Source: Alphaproteobacteria bacterium
Lineage (GTDB): Bacteria; Pseudomonadota; Alphaproteobacteria; SP197
Assembly: GCA_964291265.2 (NCBI GenBank)
Contig: OZ219747.1
Span: 2,400,001 to 2,464,000 of the forward strand
Reading direction: 5' to 3'
Length of the DNA: 64,000 nt
Shown here: in pieces, positions 52,113-62,655 of the stretch
How positions within the stretch are numbered: position 1 is the first letter of the stretch
Layout: every line of letters starts with the position of its first letter
Translations under genes and position numbers: made by a program
The notes under the pieces: generated by a model
Seen by the model: only the letters and a program-made list of their open reading frames with translations
Databases searched by the model: none
Told to the model about the DNA's origin: nothing

Positions 52113-55100
52113 TGAGGGAGAAGGAAGCGATCCTTCGCCCGGTTTCCGACTGGGGAGACACGATCACGCTGATCCCCTTCAGCGGGGTCCAGATGCTCGA
52201 CTTCGGATTCAACCTCGACGGCGTGCCGTTTCGTTCCCGACGCTTCATTGAACGGGTCACGCACCAGGAAGGCGGTGACGCCGCCTGCGATCTCATCCCT
52301 CTCGTCGACGAGGAAGACCGCAACGAAGGGATTCGTGCGGCCGGGAACATCGATGACGTCGAGTATGGCTTGCGGGCAGTGCAGGGCCTTGAACCCTTCC
52401 TCGAGAAGTGGGTTCCGGTGCCGATCCTGCGTGTCAGGCCGGGTCTGGGTTCCGACCGCAGCGAGCGCCATGATGACGGCCCTTTCGGATGGGCGCGGTT
52501 GCGGGTGGTCGAACTCGAGCGCAGCGATCCCGATACCGGCCATTCGCACCGCATCCAGATCGCGTTCGACACGACGCTGGTCGACGAGGGACCGGGGGGA
52601 CGCTATCTGCAGCCCCTCTTCAAGGACAGCGAGGACGAGCGGGAGTTTCGCCTGGTCAGCAGTGCCGACCACGTCACGCCGTTCCTGACATATGTCCAGG
52701 ACGACGAAACCCTGTCCGGGAAGGTGGATACCCAGGCCTGGGTGGCGGACTGGATCGAGGAAATCTTCATCGAGTTCAAGAAGGCAAGAGTCGGCAGACG
52801 CGCCCTCAGGGACGAGGATTTTCCCTACCGTCTCGAACATCTTGCACGGTTCCTGACCCTCCTGGCATTCATCGATTCCGCAGTCAGGGTGCCACGCTTC
52901 AAGCTCGTCGACGTGGTCTCGGACGAAGCCAGGCATGCACCGCTCGATGTCGACCTAGTCCTCGACATCGGCAACAGCAGGACCTGTGGCATTCTCATCG
53001 AGAGCGCGGCTGGCCAGACTTCGGTCGATCTTTCGAACTCCTATAGTCTGGAGATTCGCGACCTGTCGAGACCGGAGCTTCACTCGACTGGTGTGATCGA
53101 CAGCAGGGTCGAATTCGCCGCGGCGGAGTTCGGACGCGAACACATCGCCCGGCGCTCCGGACGCCGGGATGCCTTCCAGTGGCCCTCGATCGTGCGAACC
53201 GGACCGGAAGCCAATCGCATGGTTCGCCAGGAGGAAGGCACCGAGACGGCCTCGGGCCTGTCGTCGCCCAAGCGCTATCTCTGGGACCTCGAGCCATCGG
53301 TGAGCGAATGGCGATTCCAGAATCACATGGACGCGCAGAACATGCCGCGCATCGCCCGGTCCGCGTGCCGCTATCTCAACGACAACGGCGATGTCATCGA
53401 GCAGGTCAGGCGCGACGTCTCGGACCGTCTGCGTGACCGCAAGGACGCGAAGGTCGACATGGCGGTCAGGCCCAGGTTTTCCCGCTCGGCGCTCTACGGA
53501 TTCCTTGTCGGAGAACTGATCAGTCATGCGCTGGTGCAGATCAACGACCCGGCCTCCAGGGCCCGGCGGGCACGTTCTGCCGTCCCCCGGCGCCTGCGCA
53601 CCGTCATCCTCACCCTGCCTTCGGCGACACCCATGCAGGAGCAGGCGATCATCCGTTCCAGAGCCGAGGGAGCGGTTCGTCTGATCTGGTCCATTCTCGG
53701 CTTCGGAGAGGACGCCGCGGCCACCTGTTCCCGGCCAAGGCTGGTTGTTGACTGGGATGAAGCGAGTTGCACCCAGCTGGTCTGGCTCTACACCGAGATC
53801 GCCCGCAAGTTCGAAGGCAGGATCGACGAATACATGGCGCTCAAGGGACGGCCCAGAGTCCAGGAAGACGGCGGAGCCCCGGAAAACTCCATCCGCCTCG
53901 CCTGCATCGACATCGGCGGCGGCACCACCGATCTCATGGTGACCTCCTACTTCGGCGAGCGCGACAAGCTCATGATCCCGCGTCAGGTATTTCGCGAGGG
54001 TTTTCGCATTGCCGGCGACGATGTCACGCGCGAGGTGGTGGCATCGATCGTCCTGGGCCGCATCGCCGATTCCATCGAGGCCGCAGGCGGCGCCTGGGTC
54101 CGCGAGCGACTGTGCGAGCTCTTTGGCGGCGATGTGGGCGGCATGGATCAACGGATGCGCCAGATGCGCCGGCAGTTTTCCCTGAGGATTCTGGCGCCGC
54201 TGGCGGTTGCCACGCTGCACGCATGCGAGAACATCGCAGAGGATGCCACGTTCGAAATCCGCGTGGCGGACGTCCTCGGGTATCGTGAAGACGGGAATGG
54301 AACGCTGGAGCTCGACGTGCCCTCAGGTCTTGTCGCCTACCTCGAAGACCCGGTTCGGGAGGCCGGGGCACGCGACTGGCGCCTTGCCGATGCCACGATG
54401 AGGATTCGCCGTTTCGAGGTTGATGCATCGGTACGCGGCGTTCTGCAGAAGGCCCTGCAGGACATGGGCAGGGTGATCGACCATCTCGGCGTCGACGTGA
54501 TCCTGCTGACCGGGCGGCCCTCCAGGCTTCCGGCTGTCCGGGCACTGATCCGTGACATGATGATCGTGCCGCCGGACCGCCTGGTGTCCATGCATCGCTA
54601 CCGCGTCGAGGAGTGGTATCCCTTCCGCGATCCCGTGACCAACCAGGTCGGCGACCCGAAGAGCACGGTGGCGGTGGGAGGCATGCTGTGCGCTCTCAGT
54701 TCAAGCCGCATCGCCAGTTTCCGCCTGCGCTCCGAGCACCTGCAGATGCGCTCCACGGCCCGATTCGTCGGCGTCATGCATACCGCCGGGCAGATCTTCG
54801 ACAGGGACGTGCTCTTTGCCGAGGACGACGGCATGGCGCCGGGCGATGCTGTCGAGGATGAGGCGGTGCTTGCCGCCTACAACCCGGTTCACGTGGGCTT
54901 CCGCCAGATTGCCGATGAGAGGTGGACGACAACGCCGCTCTACCTCCTCGACTTTGCCAATGAGAGTGTGTTGAAACGCCCCCTCCCGGTGCGGGTGACA
55001 CTGAGACGGCGTGACTCCCATGCGGACCCCGAGAACCCCGATCACGTTCTGCGTCTCGAGGCGGCGAGGGAGGCGTTTGTGGTTGACTACGTCGAGGATG

Positions 55101-55204
55101 GCGCAGGCGATGCCTGTCACCGCGACGATGTCAGGCTGCGTCTGCAGACGCTCGGGCCCGAGGACCACTACTGGCTCGACACCGGCATCGTCCGGCTGGC
55201 GTGA
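52112..55204 (+). CDS. srfB: Virulence factor SrfB family protein (actin/Hsp70-like ATPase motifs)
   Basis: ITLIPFSGVQMLDF, GPFGWAR, LDIGNSRTCGILIE, SSPKRYLWD, WDEASC.Q, IDIGGGTTDL, LTGRPSRLP, YWLDTG. Confidence 0.92.
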   Translation: MREKEAILRPVSDWGDTITLIPFSGVQMLDFGFNLDGVPFRSRRFIERVTHQEGGDAACDLIPLVDEEDRNEGIRAAGNIDDVEYGLRAVQGLEPFLEKWVPVPILRVRPGLGSDRSERHDDGPFGWARLRVVELERSDPDTGHSHRIQIAFDTTLVDEGPGGRYLQPLFKDSEDEREFRLVSSADHVTPFLTYVQDDETLSGKVDTQAWVADWIEEIFIEFKKARVGRRALRDEDFPYRLEHLARFLTLLAFIDSAVRVPRFKLVDVVSDEARHAPLDVDLVLDIGNSRTCGILIESAAGQTSVDLSNSYSLEIRDLSRPELHSTGVIDSRVEFAAAEFGREHIARRSGRRDAFQWPSIVRTGPEANRMVRQEEGTETASGLSSPKRYLWDLEPSVSEWRFQNHMDAQNMPRIARSACRYLNDNGDVIEQVRRDVSDRLRDRKDAKVDMAVRPRFSRSALYGFLVGELISHALVQINDPASRARRARSAVPRRLRTVILTLPSATPMQEQAIIRSRAEGAVRLIWSILGFGEDAAATCSRPRLVVDWDEASCTQLVWLYTEIARKFEGRIDEYMALKGRPRVQEDGGAPENSIRLACIDIGGGTTDLMVTSYFGERDKLMIPRQVFREGFRIAGDDVTREVVASIVLGRIADSIEAAGGAWVRERLCELFGGDVGGMDQRMRQMRRQFSLRILAPLAVATLHACENIAEDATFEIRVADVLGYREDGNGTLELDVPSGLVAYLEDPVREAGARDWRLADATMRIRRFEVDASVRGVLQKALQDMGRVIDHLGVDVILLTGRPSRLPAVRALIRDMMIVPPDRLVSMHRYRVEEWYPFRDPVTNQVGDPKSTVAVGGMLCALSSSRIASFRLRSEHLQMRSTARFVGVMHTAGQIFDRDVLFAEDDGMAPGDAVEDEAVLAAYNPVHVGFRQIADERWTTTPLYLLDFANESVLKRPLPVRVTLRRRDSHADPENPDHVLRLEAAREAFVVDYVEDGAGDACHRDDVRLRLQTLGPEDHYWLDTGIVRLA

Positions 55205-55219
55205 GGGATGGGGCATGTC

Positions 55220-57880
55220 ATGAGCGAGCGCGCTGAAGGACTGGCGAAACGCTGCCTCGCGGTGGCGGATCTGGCAAGCCGGGCCGGCGCCTGGATCAGC
55301 GATGACGCCAACCGGGAAAAGGTCGGCGCCCAGGGGCCTGCATTCGCCCGGGACTTCCGCCGCGCACGGGTTCGCGCCGACAAGCTTGCCACGGCAGCCG
55401 GCCGGAACATGTGCGTGGGTGTCTATGGACCGAGCCAGGCCGGCAAGTCCTATCTCATTTCGGTGCTCGCAAGGCCAAGGGGCGGAGATCTCGTGGCGGC
55501 CTTCGACGGCGCCAGGCGCCCCGTCACCTACCTCGACGAGATCAATCCGGAGGGACAGGGAGAATCGACGGGCCTCGTCACCAGGTTCACCACACGCAAG
55601 GTGCCGGCGCCTCCGGGTTATCCGGTCGGGGTCAGCCTGCTTTCGGAAGCGGACATCGCAAGGGTGTTGATCAACTCCTTTGCCGAGGATGGCGACAACA
55701 CGGAGACCCCACCGTCGGCGGAAGAGATCGAACAGTTGCTGGAGACGGCACGAGGGCAGGCAGGCGACCCGGGTCAGGCCATGACCATCGAGGAGATGTG
55801 GGATGTGCAGGATTACGTCGTCAGTCACTTCGGTCACCTCGCCTACTTCGCTCCCCTGGCCGACTACTGGAACCGTGCGGCCGACCTTGTGCCGCGGGTC
55901 AACCTGGCCACGCGAGCCGGTCTCCTCGCCGTTTTCTGGGGGCGCCATGCGCCCCTGACGGACCTCTACCTCGCGCTCGCCGGACATCTTGAAGCGCTCG
56001 GCGGAGTCCGCGATGCCTTCGTTCCTCTCGAGGCCCTCGTTCCACGCGAAACGTCGATCATCGATGTTCAGACCCTGAAGGACCTGGACCGCAAGGCGCA
56101 CGGCAATCTCGATCCGGTCGAGGTGACAACCGGGGACGGTGCCGTGGCACGCATCGGGAGGGGACATCTGTGTGCCATGGTGGCCGAGATGATCATTCCC
56201 ATGGCGGGTGTGCCGTGGGAGTTCATGCACAGGACCGATCTTCTCGACTTTCCCGGCACACGGAATCGCTTCACCCATGATCTCGGCCGGTTCCTTGCCG
56301 AGGGCGAATCGCCGGTCTCCCAGCTCTTCCTGCGCGGCAAGGTCGCCTATCTCTTCGATCGCTATGTTGCCGAACAGGAAATGACCTCGATGATCCTGTG
56401 CATCGGCGACGGCAACATGGAGGCGAAGGATCTTCCGGGACTTGTCGAGAACTGGGTGGCTGCAACCCATGGCGACACGCCTGCCCGGCGGGCCGAGGCA
56501 CGGTGCATCCTGTTCTTCGTGCTCACCAAGTTCGATACACTGCTCGTCGAATCCGGCGGTTCAGGTGATGATCCGACGACGCGGTTCGAAAGGCGTATCC
56601 AGAATTCAATGGTGGAACCCTTCGGAAAGATGGCTGACGCCTGGATCAACGAATGGTTGCCGCAAACGCCCTTCAACAACACCTACTGGATGCGCAATCC
56701 GACCTACGAAGCGCCGTTGATCGCCTATGATGCGGACCGTCGCGAAGCCGCCATTCGCGAGGACATGATGGAACGACTCGAGACCCTGCGTCAGGGGGCG
56801 GTGGCGGCGCCGCTGGTCCAGCGTCATTTCTCCGATCCCCAGGCGGCCTGGGAGGCGGCGCTGACGATCGACGATGGGGGTGTCGGCCGACTGGCGGAAG
56901 CGCTGGCCGATGTCTGCCACATCGAGACCAAGCTTGACCAGATCAGTGATCAGCTGGATATCCTGATCGACGGCATCCAGCGTCCGCTCTCCCGGTTCCA
57001 TGTCTCCTCGGATCTCAAGGAGAGGCTGGCTCTGAGGCAGGAGGCGGCCGACACCGTCCTCGATAGTCTCGACATGTGCTTTGACGACAACCGGTTCGCC
57101 GAACTCCTCGAGGATCTGATGATCGACCCGGCGGTCGCTGCCGACCGCATGGCGCGCGTGCCCGGCGGTATTTTCATTGTCGCCGAAGGTCAGCAGCCCC
57201 CGCCCGGTGATTCGGTGGCCGCTGGCGGTCGGTCGGCAAGGCCCCGCCCCGGAGGGCGGCGGCAGGCGGAGGCGAAACCTCCCGTCGACACCGCAGAGGG
57301 ACCAAGGACAAGGCGCATGACCATGGAGGCCTTCCAGGCGGAACGTGCGCTGACGACGTGGATCGATGGCCTGCATGATCTCGCCGTCCGCCCGGAGTGG
57401 CGGCGGCGGTTCAGTCTGACCGAGCAGACGGCGAGCGACCTCGTGGCCGAACTCATCGAGGCGGCCCGACGCCTCCCTCTCCATGACGACATCGTGACCG
57501 CGCTCAGGAAGTGGAATTTCTCCCTCCACTCGGACCGCCGTGCCGCGCCTGCGGCGGCGATCGCGGCCGAGGCCATCAACTCCTTTGTTGCCCGTCTCGG
57601 CATGGACAGATTACCGCAGGACAGGCGTCCGCAGGTTGAACTGGAAGGGAACAGGACACGGCCGGTGTTCGGGGAGCGGCCCTCCAGGGATGATGTCACG
57701 TCCTTCTCGTTTGCTTACGGCACCGGCACCGAGGATCGGTTTGTCGACTGGACCCATGGCCTCTTCCGGGTCTTCGAGGACAATGCCCGGTGCGTTGGCG
57801 GAGAGACCGTGGATACGGAGCAGAACCTCGTGCTCGGCGAGATTGTCGCAAGGCTTGAGGCGAACAGGATGGCGACATGA
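55220..57880 (+). CDS. srfC: Virulence factor SrfC family protein (P-loop GTPase-like)
   Basis: GVYGPSQAGKSYLIS, INPEG.GESTGLVTRFT, DLLDFPG.R, LRGKVAYLFDRY, TKFD. Confidence 0.92.
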   Translation: MSERAEGLAKRCLAVADLASRAGAWISDDANREKVGAQGPAFARDFRRARVRADKLATAAGRNMCVGVYGPSQAGKSYLISVLARPRGGDLVAAFDGARRPVTYLDEINPEGQGESTGLVTRFTTRKVPAPPGYPVGVSLLSEADIARVLINSFAEDGDNTETPPSAEEIEQLLETARGQAGDPGQAMTIEEMWDVQDYVVSHFGHLAYFAPLADYWNRAADLVPRVNLATRAGLLAVFWGRHAPLTDLYLALAGHLEALGGVRDAFVPLEALVPRETSIIDVQTLKDLDRKAHGNLDPVEVTTGDGAVARIGRGHLCAMVAEMIIPMAGVPWEFMHRTDLLDFPGTRNRFTHDLGRFLAEGESPVSQLFLRGKVAYLFDRYVAEQEMTSMILCIGDGNMEAKDLPGLVENWVAATHGDTPARRAEARCILFFVLTKFDTLLVESGGSGDDPTTRFERRIQNSMVEPFGKMADAWINEWLPQTPFNNTYWMRNPTYEAPLIAYDADRREAAIREDMMERLETLRQGAVAAPLVQRHFSDPQAAWEAALTIDDGGVGRLAEALADVCHIETKLDQISDQLDILIDGIQRPLSRFHVSSDLKERLALRQEAADTVLDSLDMCFDDNRFAELLEDLMIDPAVAADRMARVPGGIFIVAEGQQPPPGDSVAAGGRSARPRPGGRRQAEAKPPVDTAEGPRTRRMTMEAFQAERALTTWIDGLHDLAVRPEWRRRFSLTEQTASDLVAELIEAARRLPLHDDIVTALRKWNFSLHSDRRAAPAAAIAAEAINSFVARLGMDRLPQDRRPQVELEGNRTRPVFGERPSRDDVTSFSFAYGTGTEDRFVDWTHGLFRVFEDNARCVGGETVDTEQNLVLGEIVARLEANRMAT

Positions 57881-58794
57881 CGTTCAGGATCATTCCGGAC
57901 CCCCGCCACCCGCTGGGAGGACACGCCCTTCTCACCATGGACGAGGGACAATCGACCGGCAACGGTCAGCTGACCATCCGCCGGTCCTATGACTTGCGCT
58001 ACCTCGGAGCATCGGGCTGGCAATTGGCCAAGGCAACGCTCGGGCCTCTGGAGTCCGCCGCGAACGGCCTCATTCTCGGTCCCGATGTGGTGCGTCATGT
58101 TGACGAATTCGACAACCTCGAGATCACGTTCGAGGGCGGCAGCGCCGGCAGCGTCGTATGGCCCGGCAGCGTCCTTCTTGCTCCCGATGCGGCGCGCGAC
58201 GGCGGTTTCGCCAGGAGCGTGACTGAACACGCACCGGATGTTCCCGTGGTGGCGGCAGGGCAGACGGAAACTGAAGGAGAAGGTGAACCACCACCGGCCG
58301 ACAGCCCTCACGCCTCACGTCGTGGCGCCTGCGTCGTCCTTGCCCTGGTGGTCGTGGTCCTCGGGATAGCAGCGGCTCTCTACGTTCTGCGGGACGATAT
58401 CGTCGAGCCGCAGACGGCGAAGACGGGGCTGCCGTGCAGCGATGATGCCGTGACCGGTGTCGCGGAGACAGACTTGCTGCTTGAATGGGTCGAGCGATGC
58501 GGGACCGACGAGGGAGTCGCTCCGCAAACGCGGTTGTCGGTTGTCGAAAGACTGATTGGCAAGACACCGGATGCGCTTGTCGTCATGGGCGGCTGGTACG
58601 ATCCGGCCCTTGAATCCGATTCGTCCCCCTTCGAAAGGCCAGCCCTCGAGATTGCGGCGCGCTACTACGCCGACGCCGCCGACGCCGGGGTTGATGGCGC
58701 ACAGGGTCTTCTCGATGACGTCTGCGGGCGTCTCGATGCGGACAACTTCATGCAGAACGACGCCATTGATCTCTACTGTGGAGGAGGGCAGTGA
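57877..58794 (+). CDS. Bitopic membrane protein with Sel1-like helical C-terminus
   Basis: YLGASGWQ...LGPDVV N-domain, TM, ALVVMGGWYDP...AARYYADAADAG; coupled to srfC. Confidence 0.65.
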   Translation: MTFRIIPDPRHPLGGHALLTMDEGQSTGNGQLTIRRSYDLRYLGASGWQLAKATLGPLESAANGLILGPDVVRHVDEFDNLEITFEGGSAGSVVWPGSVLLAPDAARDGGFARSVTEHAPDVPVVAAGQTETEGEGEPPPADSPHASRRGACVVLALVVVVLGIAAALYVLRDDIVEPQTAKTGLPCSDDAVTGVAETDLLLEWVERCGTDEGVAPQTRLSVVERLIGKTPDALVVMGGWYDPALESDSSPFERPALEIAARYYADAADAGVDGAQGLLDDVCGRLDADNFMQNDAIDLYCGGGQ

Positions 58795-60737
58795 TGCGTC
58801 TGCGCCTCATGGTGCTCGCCGTTGTTGCGGTCCTGGCGGGTGTGGTCGGTTCGGCCGTTGAAGCCCAGGGGGAGAGGCCGCTCCTGATCGATGGCACGAA
58901 CACGCTCTATCAACGTGTTCTCACGCGCCCCGGCACACCACGCTTCGATGCGCCTCAAGGCGTTGTCCAGGACCTCTACCCTGCGTTCCAGCCTCTCTAT
59001 GTCTTTGGCCGTGAAGGTTCCTGGCTCCAGGTCGGGGGAGCGGCCGGGATGCCGGCCGAAGGATGGGTGAACGAGGACGCCACGATCGACTGGCGCTACA
59101 ATGTCGTTGCCGCATTCACAAGCACTGCAGGCAGGGAGCGCCAGCTCCTCTTTTCCGATCTCGCGTCACTGGACAGTCTGATCCAGAGCGAGGCCACGGT
59201 GTCGCTGGCCCGCGAGTTGAGGCAGACCATTGATGAAGGAGGGTCCGGGGAGACGTCGGGGGTGATCTCGATTGAACCGGCCGAATACGTCGACATCAAC
59301 GATGCCGAGACCTTCTATGTCCTGCCGATCCTCGAGTTCCACGAGGATTTCCATCCCATGAGCGCTGAGCTGTTTCTGAAGATGCGTGTCGCCTCGGTCC
59401 CGTTGCAGGACGAACCGATCGCCGAGCCTCCATTGCTGGAAGACTCCATCCGGGACTCTGATGCCGGCATCATGATCGTGCTCGACACCACCCGGTCGAT
59501 GGGGCCTTTCATTGCCGAAACCCTCGAGGTCATGGAGGAGGAGATCCGCAGGATTGCGAACACGGAAACCGGCGAGAGGGTGCATTTCGGCATCCTGGGC
59601 TTTCGTGACAATCCCGCCGCCGCCGAGGGAATCGAGTACCGGGTTCGCGTCTTTTGTCCCCTCGACAGGGACAACGCCGTTGATGCGCCACTTGCCGCGC
59701 TCTCGTCCATGGAGGTCGCCGGAGTGTCCACGCCCGGCTACAACGAGGACAGTCTTGCGGCCATCCGCCATGCCCTGGAGGAGACCGACTGGGCGCCAGG
59801 TGGCATGGAATTCGTCAAGAAACTCATCATCCTCGTGACCGATGCCGGGCCCAAGACTGCGCGGGATCCCAATGCCGAGACCGACATCAACGCTGCATCT
59901 CTTCAGGCGATGGCAAGGGAGCAGGATGTCGGCATCATCGTCATCCATCTCCTCACGCCGGATGGGGTGGCGAACCACGAGTACGCGGCGAACCACTACC
60001 GGGAACTTGCCGCGGCACTCGGCCATGTCTTCTATTATCCGGTGGCCGGTGGGCCGCAGGATTTTGGCACCGAAGTCCGTTCGACCATCACCGGGGTCAT
60101 GTCCCAGGTTTCCAGAAACCTCGAGGGTGAACTCACCGAGGTGCCAGAGCCTGACGAGACCGGTGCATTGCCCGAGGGGGCGGAACTCGATGTGCTCGGA
60201 CTGGCCATGGAACTTGCCTATCTCGGGCGTGTGCTCGAAACACGGGCGCCGGACGTGTTCGAGGCCTGGGTGGCGGACCGGGCGCTCGAGGACTCGCGCA
60301 AGGTCGCGGTCGAACCGCGCCTGCTGATTACGAAGAACCAGCTGTCGTCGCTGCGCGACGTGCTTGATGCCGTGCTCGAGGTCGGGGAGAACACCCAGAC
60401 GCGCGGTGCGGCGCACGATTTTTTCGGCCGACTTCAGGGCGCCGTATCGCGCATGGCCCAGGATCCCGACAGGTTGATCAACACCGATTTCGATACCCTT
60501 GGGAGCGCCTTTGGCGAATTTCTGGAGGGACTTCCCTATCAGAGCCGGGTGATGGAGATCACCCAGGAACGCTGGGACAGCATGGGAACGGGACGACGTC
60601 AGATCATCGATGACCTGAGAAGCCGTTTCCTGCTCTATGAACGCTGGCATGACGACCCCTCACTGTGGGTGGCGCTCTACGACGACGCGCCCGACGGCGA
60701 GCATGTCTATGCCATGCCCTTCGGAGCCCTGCCCTGA
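58791..60737 (+). CDS. Secreted vWA-domain protein resembling the periplasmic part of T6SS kinase PpkA (no kinase domain)
   Basis: Signal peptide (VEA|QG), PLLIDGTNTLYQRVLTRPG, MIDAS LDTTRSM, VTDAG, LEGLPYQS, C-terminal VYAMPFGALP. Confidence 0.82.
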   Translation: MMRLRLMVLAVVAVLAGVVGSAVEAQGERPLLIDGTNTLYQRVLTRPGTPRFDAPQGVVQDLYPAFQPLYVFGREGSWLQVGGAAGMPAEGWVNEDATIDWRYNVVAAFTSTAGRERQLLFSDLASLDSLIQSEATVSLARELRQTIDEGGSGETSGVISIEPAEYVDINDAETFYVLPILEFHEDFHPMSAELFLKMRVASVPLQDEPIAEPPLLEDSIRDSDAGIMIVLDTTRSMGPFIAETLEVMEEEIRRIANTETGERVHFGILGFRDNPAAAEGIEYRVRVFCPLDRDNAVDAPLAALSSMEVAGVSTPGYNEDSLAAIRHALEETDWAPGGMEFVKKLIILVTDAGPKTARDPNAETDINAASLQAMAREQDVGIIVIHLLTPDGVANHEYAANHYRELAAALGHVFYYPVAGGPQDFGTEVRSTITGVMSQVSRNLEGELTEVPEPDETGALPEGAELDVLGLAMELAYLGRVLETRAPDVFEAWVADRALEDSRKVAVEPRLLITKNQLSSLRDVLDAVLEVGENTQTRGAAHDFFGRLQGAVSRMAQDPDRLINTDFDTLGSAFGEFLEGLPYQSRVMEITQERWDSMGTGRRQIIDDLRSRFLLYERWHDDPSLWVALYDDAPDGEHVYAMPFGALP

Positions 60738-60748
60738 CAAGGGCGGCC

Positions 60749-61462
60749 ATGCGCTTCGTCCTCGAGCGCGTGTCGCGCACCCTGGAGAGTTCCACCCGCA
60801 GGTTCGAACTCGATATCCCGGCCTTCAAGGTGGATCGCGGCGAGGTGGTCGCCCTTGTCGGCGACAGCGGTTCGGGCAAGACGGCTATGATGGAGCTTCT
60901 CGCGCTCGCTGCGGCACCCGATGAAGGCGGGTGCTTCGTGCTGGCTGGCGATGAAGAGGTCGACATTGCCAGACTGTGGCGTCAGGCACGGTTGAAGGAT
61001 CTCGCCGCGACAAGGAGCCGGCATCTCGGATTCGTGGCCCAGACCGGCGGACTCCTCGAGTTTCTGACGGTGAGGGAGAATGTGGCTCTGGCTCAGGATG
61101 TCGCCCGCAGGCATGACCGTCAGCGTGTCGACCGGCTGGCCCGGACACTGGGCCTTGAGAGCGTCCTCGATGAACGCCCGGCCGGGCTGTCCATCGGACA
61201 GCGCCAGCGGACCGCGATCCTGCGCGCCCTCGCTCATCGTCCGTCCTTTGTCATCGCCGATGAACCGACCTCGGCGCTCGACCCCCGCACCGCCCGTGAA
61301 GTCATCGATCTCCTTCTCGAGACAGCGGCAGGCGAGGGGGCGGGCATCATTGTTTCGACCCACAACGTTGCGCTGATGTCCCACGCCGGCGTCGAGACTG
61401 TCCCTGTCGTGCCCGTTTCCGGAACGGCTCACTGGGTCAGTCGCGTGGAGCGCCGGCGATGA
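60749..61462 (+). CDS. ABC transporter ATP-binding protein (TagT/LolD-like)
   Basis: GDSGSGKT, QTGGLLEFLTVREN, LSIGQRQR, ADEPTSALD, STH. Confidence 0.9.
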   Translation: MRFVLERVSRTLESSTRRFELDIPAFKVDRGEVVALVGDSGSGKTAMMELLALAAAPDEGGCFVLAGDEEVDIARLWRQARLKDLAATRSRHLGFVAQTGGLLEFLTVRENVALAQDVARRHDRQRVDRLARTLGLESVLDERPAGLSIGQRQRTAILRALAHRPSFVIADEPTSALDPRTAREVIDLLLETAAGEGAGIIVSTHNVALMSHAGVETVPVVPVSGTAHWVSRVERRR

Positions 61463-62655
61463 TCCTCGTCCGCCTTGCCATCGCCGACCTCTGGCACGAC
61501 CGGATCATGGCGCTCTGCAACATGGCCGCCATCATCGGCATCGTGGCACCGCTTGGCATTCTCTCCGGCATCAAGACGGGTGTTGTCGATGCCCTCATCC
61601 ACGATCTCGCCACCCGCCCTGACATCCTGCGGGTCGCCATCTCGGGCAATCACGGGTTTGCACCGGGCGATATCGAGGAGGTGGCGGGCTGGCAGGAAAC
61701 CGGATTCGCGGTTCCGTCGTCGCGGTCCATAGCCCGGCGTCTCATGGTCCGTCGCGAAGGCGGAACCGTCATCCGCCGCGCCGCGCTCGTTGCCACAGGT
61801 GCGGGTGAACCCTGGCTCGCCGACAGTGAGGTCATCACCGAGGACGAGGTGGCGGCGAGTTCCGCTCTGGCACGGCGTCTCGACCTTGTCCCCGGTGATC
61901 GTCTCGAAGCGGTTGCGCGCCGTGGCGAGACCGGCGAGACCGTGCTGACACTGACGCTGAAGGTCGCAGCGGTGCTGCCCCGGGGCACGCTGGCCGGAGA
62001 CGGGTTGCTGATGACGCCCGCCCTCATGGACGACATCGAGGCCTTCTATGACGGCTACGCGGTGACACGTCTCGGCATGGACGAGGGCCGACCGCTGATC
62101 GAGAGAACGCGACTGGCCGAAAGCATGCGTCTCTATGCCGCAGATCTGTTATCCGTAGCTCCTCTCGAAGACCGTCTCGAGAAACGGTTCGGCATCGAGG
62201 CCTCGTCGGATGCCTCAGAGGTCGAAGCGACTCTCGATCTCGAACGCCGCCTCGGCCTTGCCCTCGATCTCGTGGTCGCTGCGGCGACCGCAGGGCTGTT
62301 TGCCGCCCTTGCGGCAAGCTTCTGGTCGATGACACGGGCACGCAGGCGGGGTCTTGCCGTGCTGGCGATGATCGGCATGCCACCGGCGCGTCTGGCCTGC
62401 TATCCGGTGTGTGTGGCGCTCGTGACGGCGCTCTTCGGCCTTGCCGGCACCGCCGGTCTCGTCATGGGCGGTGCGGTCGCAGCCACCCGCCTGTTCGGCG
62501 GGGATCTTCCGGGCGACGCATCCTTCATGCCGTCGCCTGGCGACGCAGCGCGCCTTTGCGCCGGTGTCCTCGTCATCTCCGCGGCGGCCTCCTTCCTCGC
62601 TGCCCGGGAGGCTGCCTGCACCCAACCCGGCGCCGTCTTCAGAGAGGAGGCATGA
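61459..62655 (+). CDS. ABC transporter permease (TagS/FtsX-MacB-like)
   Basis: LAIADLWHD N-terminus, 1 TM + periplasmic domain + 3 TMs, RLYA. Confidence 0.85.
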   Translation: MILVRLAIADLWHDRIMALCNMAAIIGIVAPLGILSGIKTGVVDALIHDLATRPDILRVAISGNHGFAPGDIEEVAGWQETGFAVPSSRSIARRLMVRREGGTVIRRAALVATGAGEPWLADSEVITEDEVAASSALARRLDLVPGDRLEAVARRGETGETVLTLTLKVAAVLPRGTLAGDGLLMTPALMDDIEAFYDGYAVTRLGMDEGRPLIERTRLAESMRLYAADLLSVAPLEDRLEKRFGIEASSDASEVEATLDLERRLGLALDLVVAAATAGLFAALAASFWSMTRARRRGLAVLAMIGMPPARLACYPVCVALVTALFGLAGTAGLVMGGAVAATRLFGGDLPGDASFMPSPGDAARLCAGVLVISAAASFLAAREAACTQPGAVFREEA

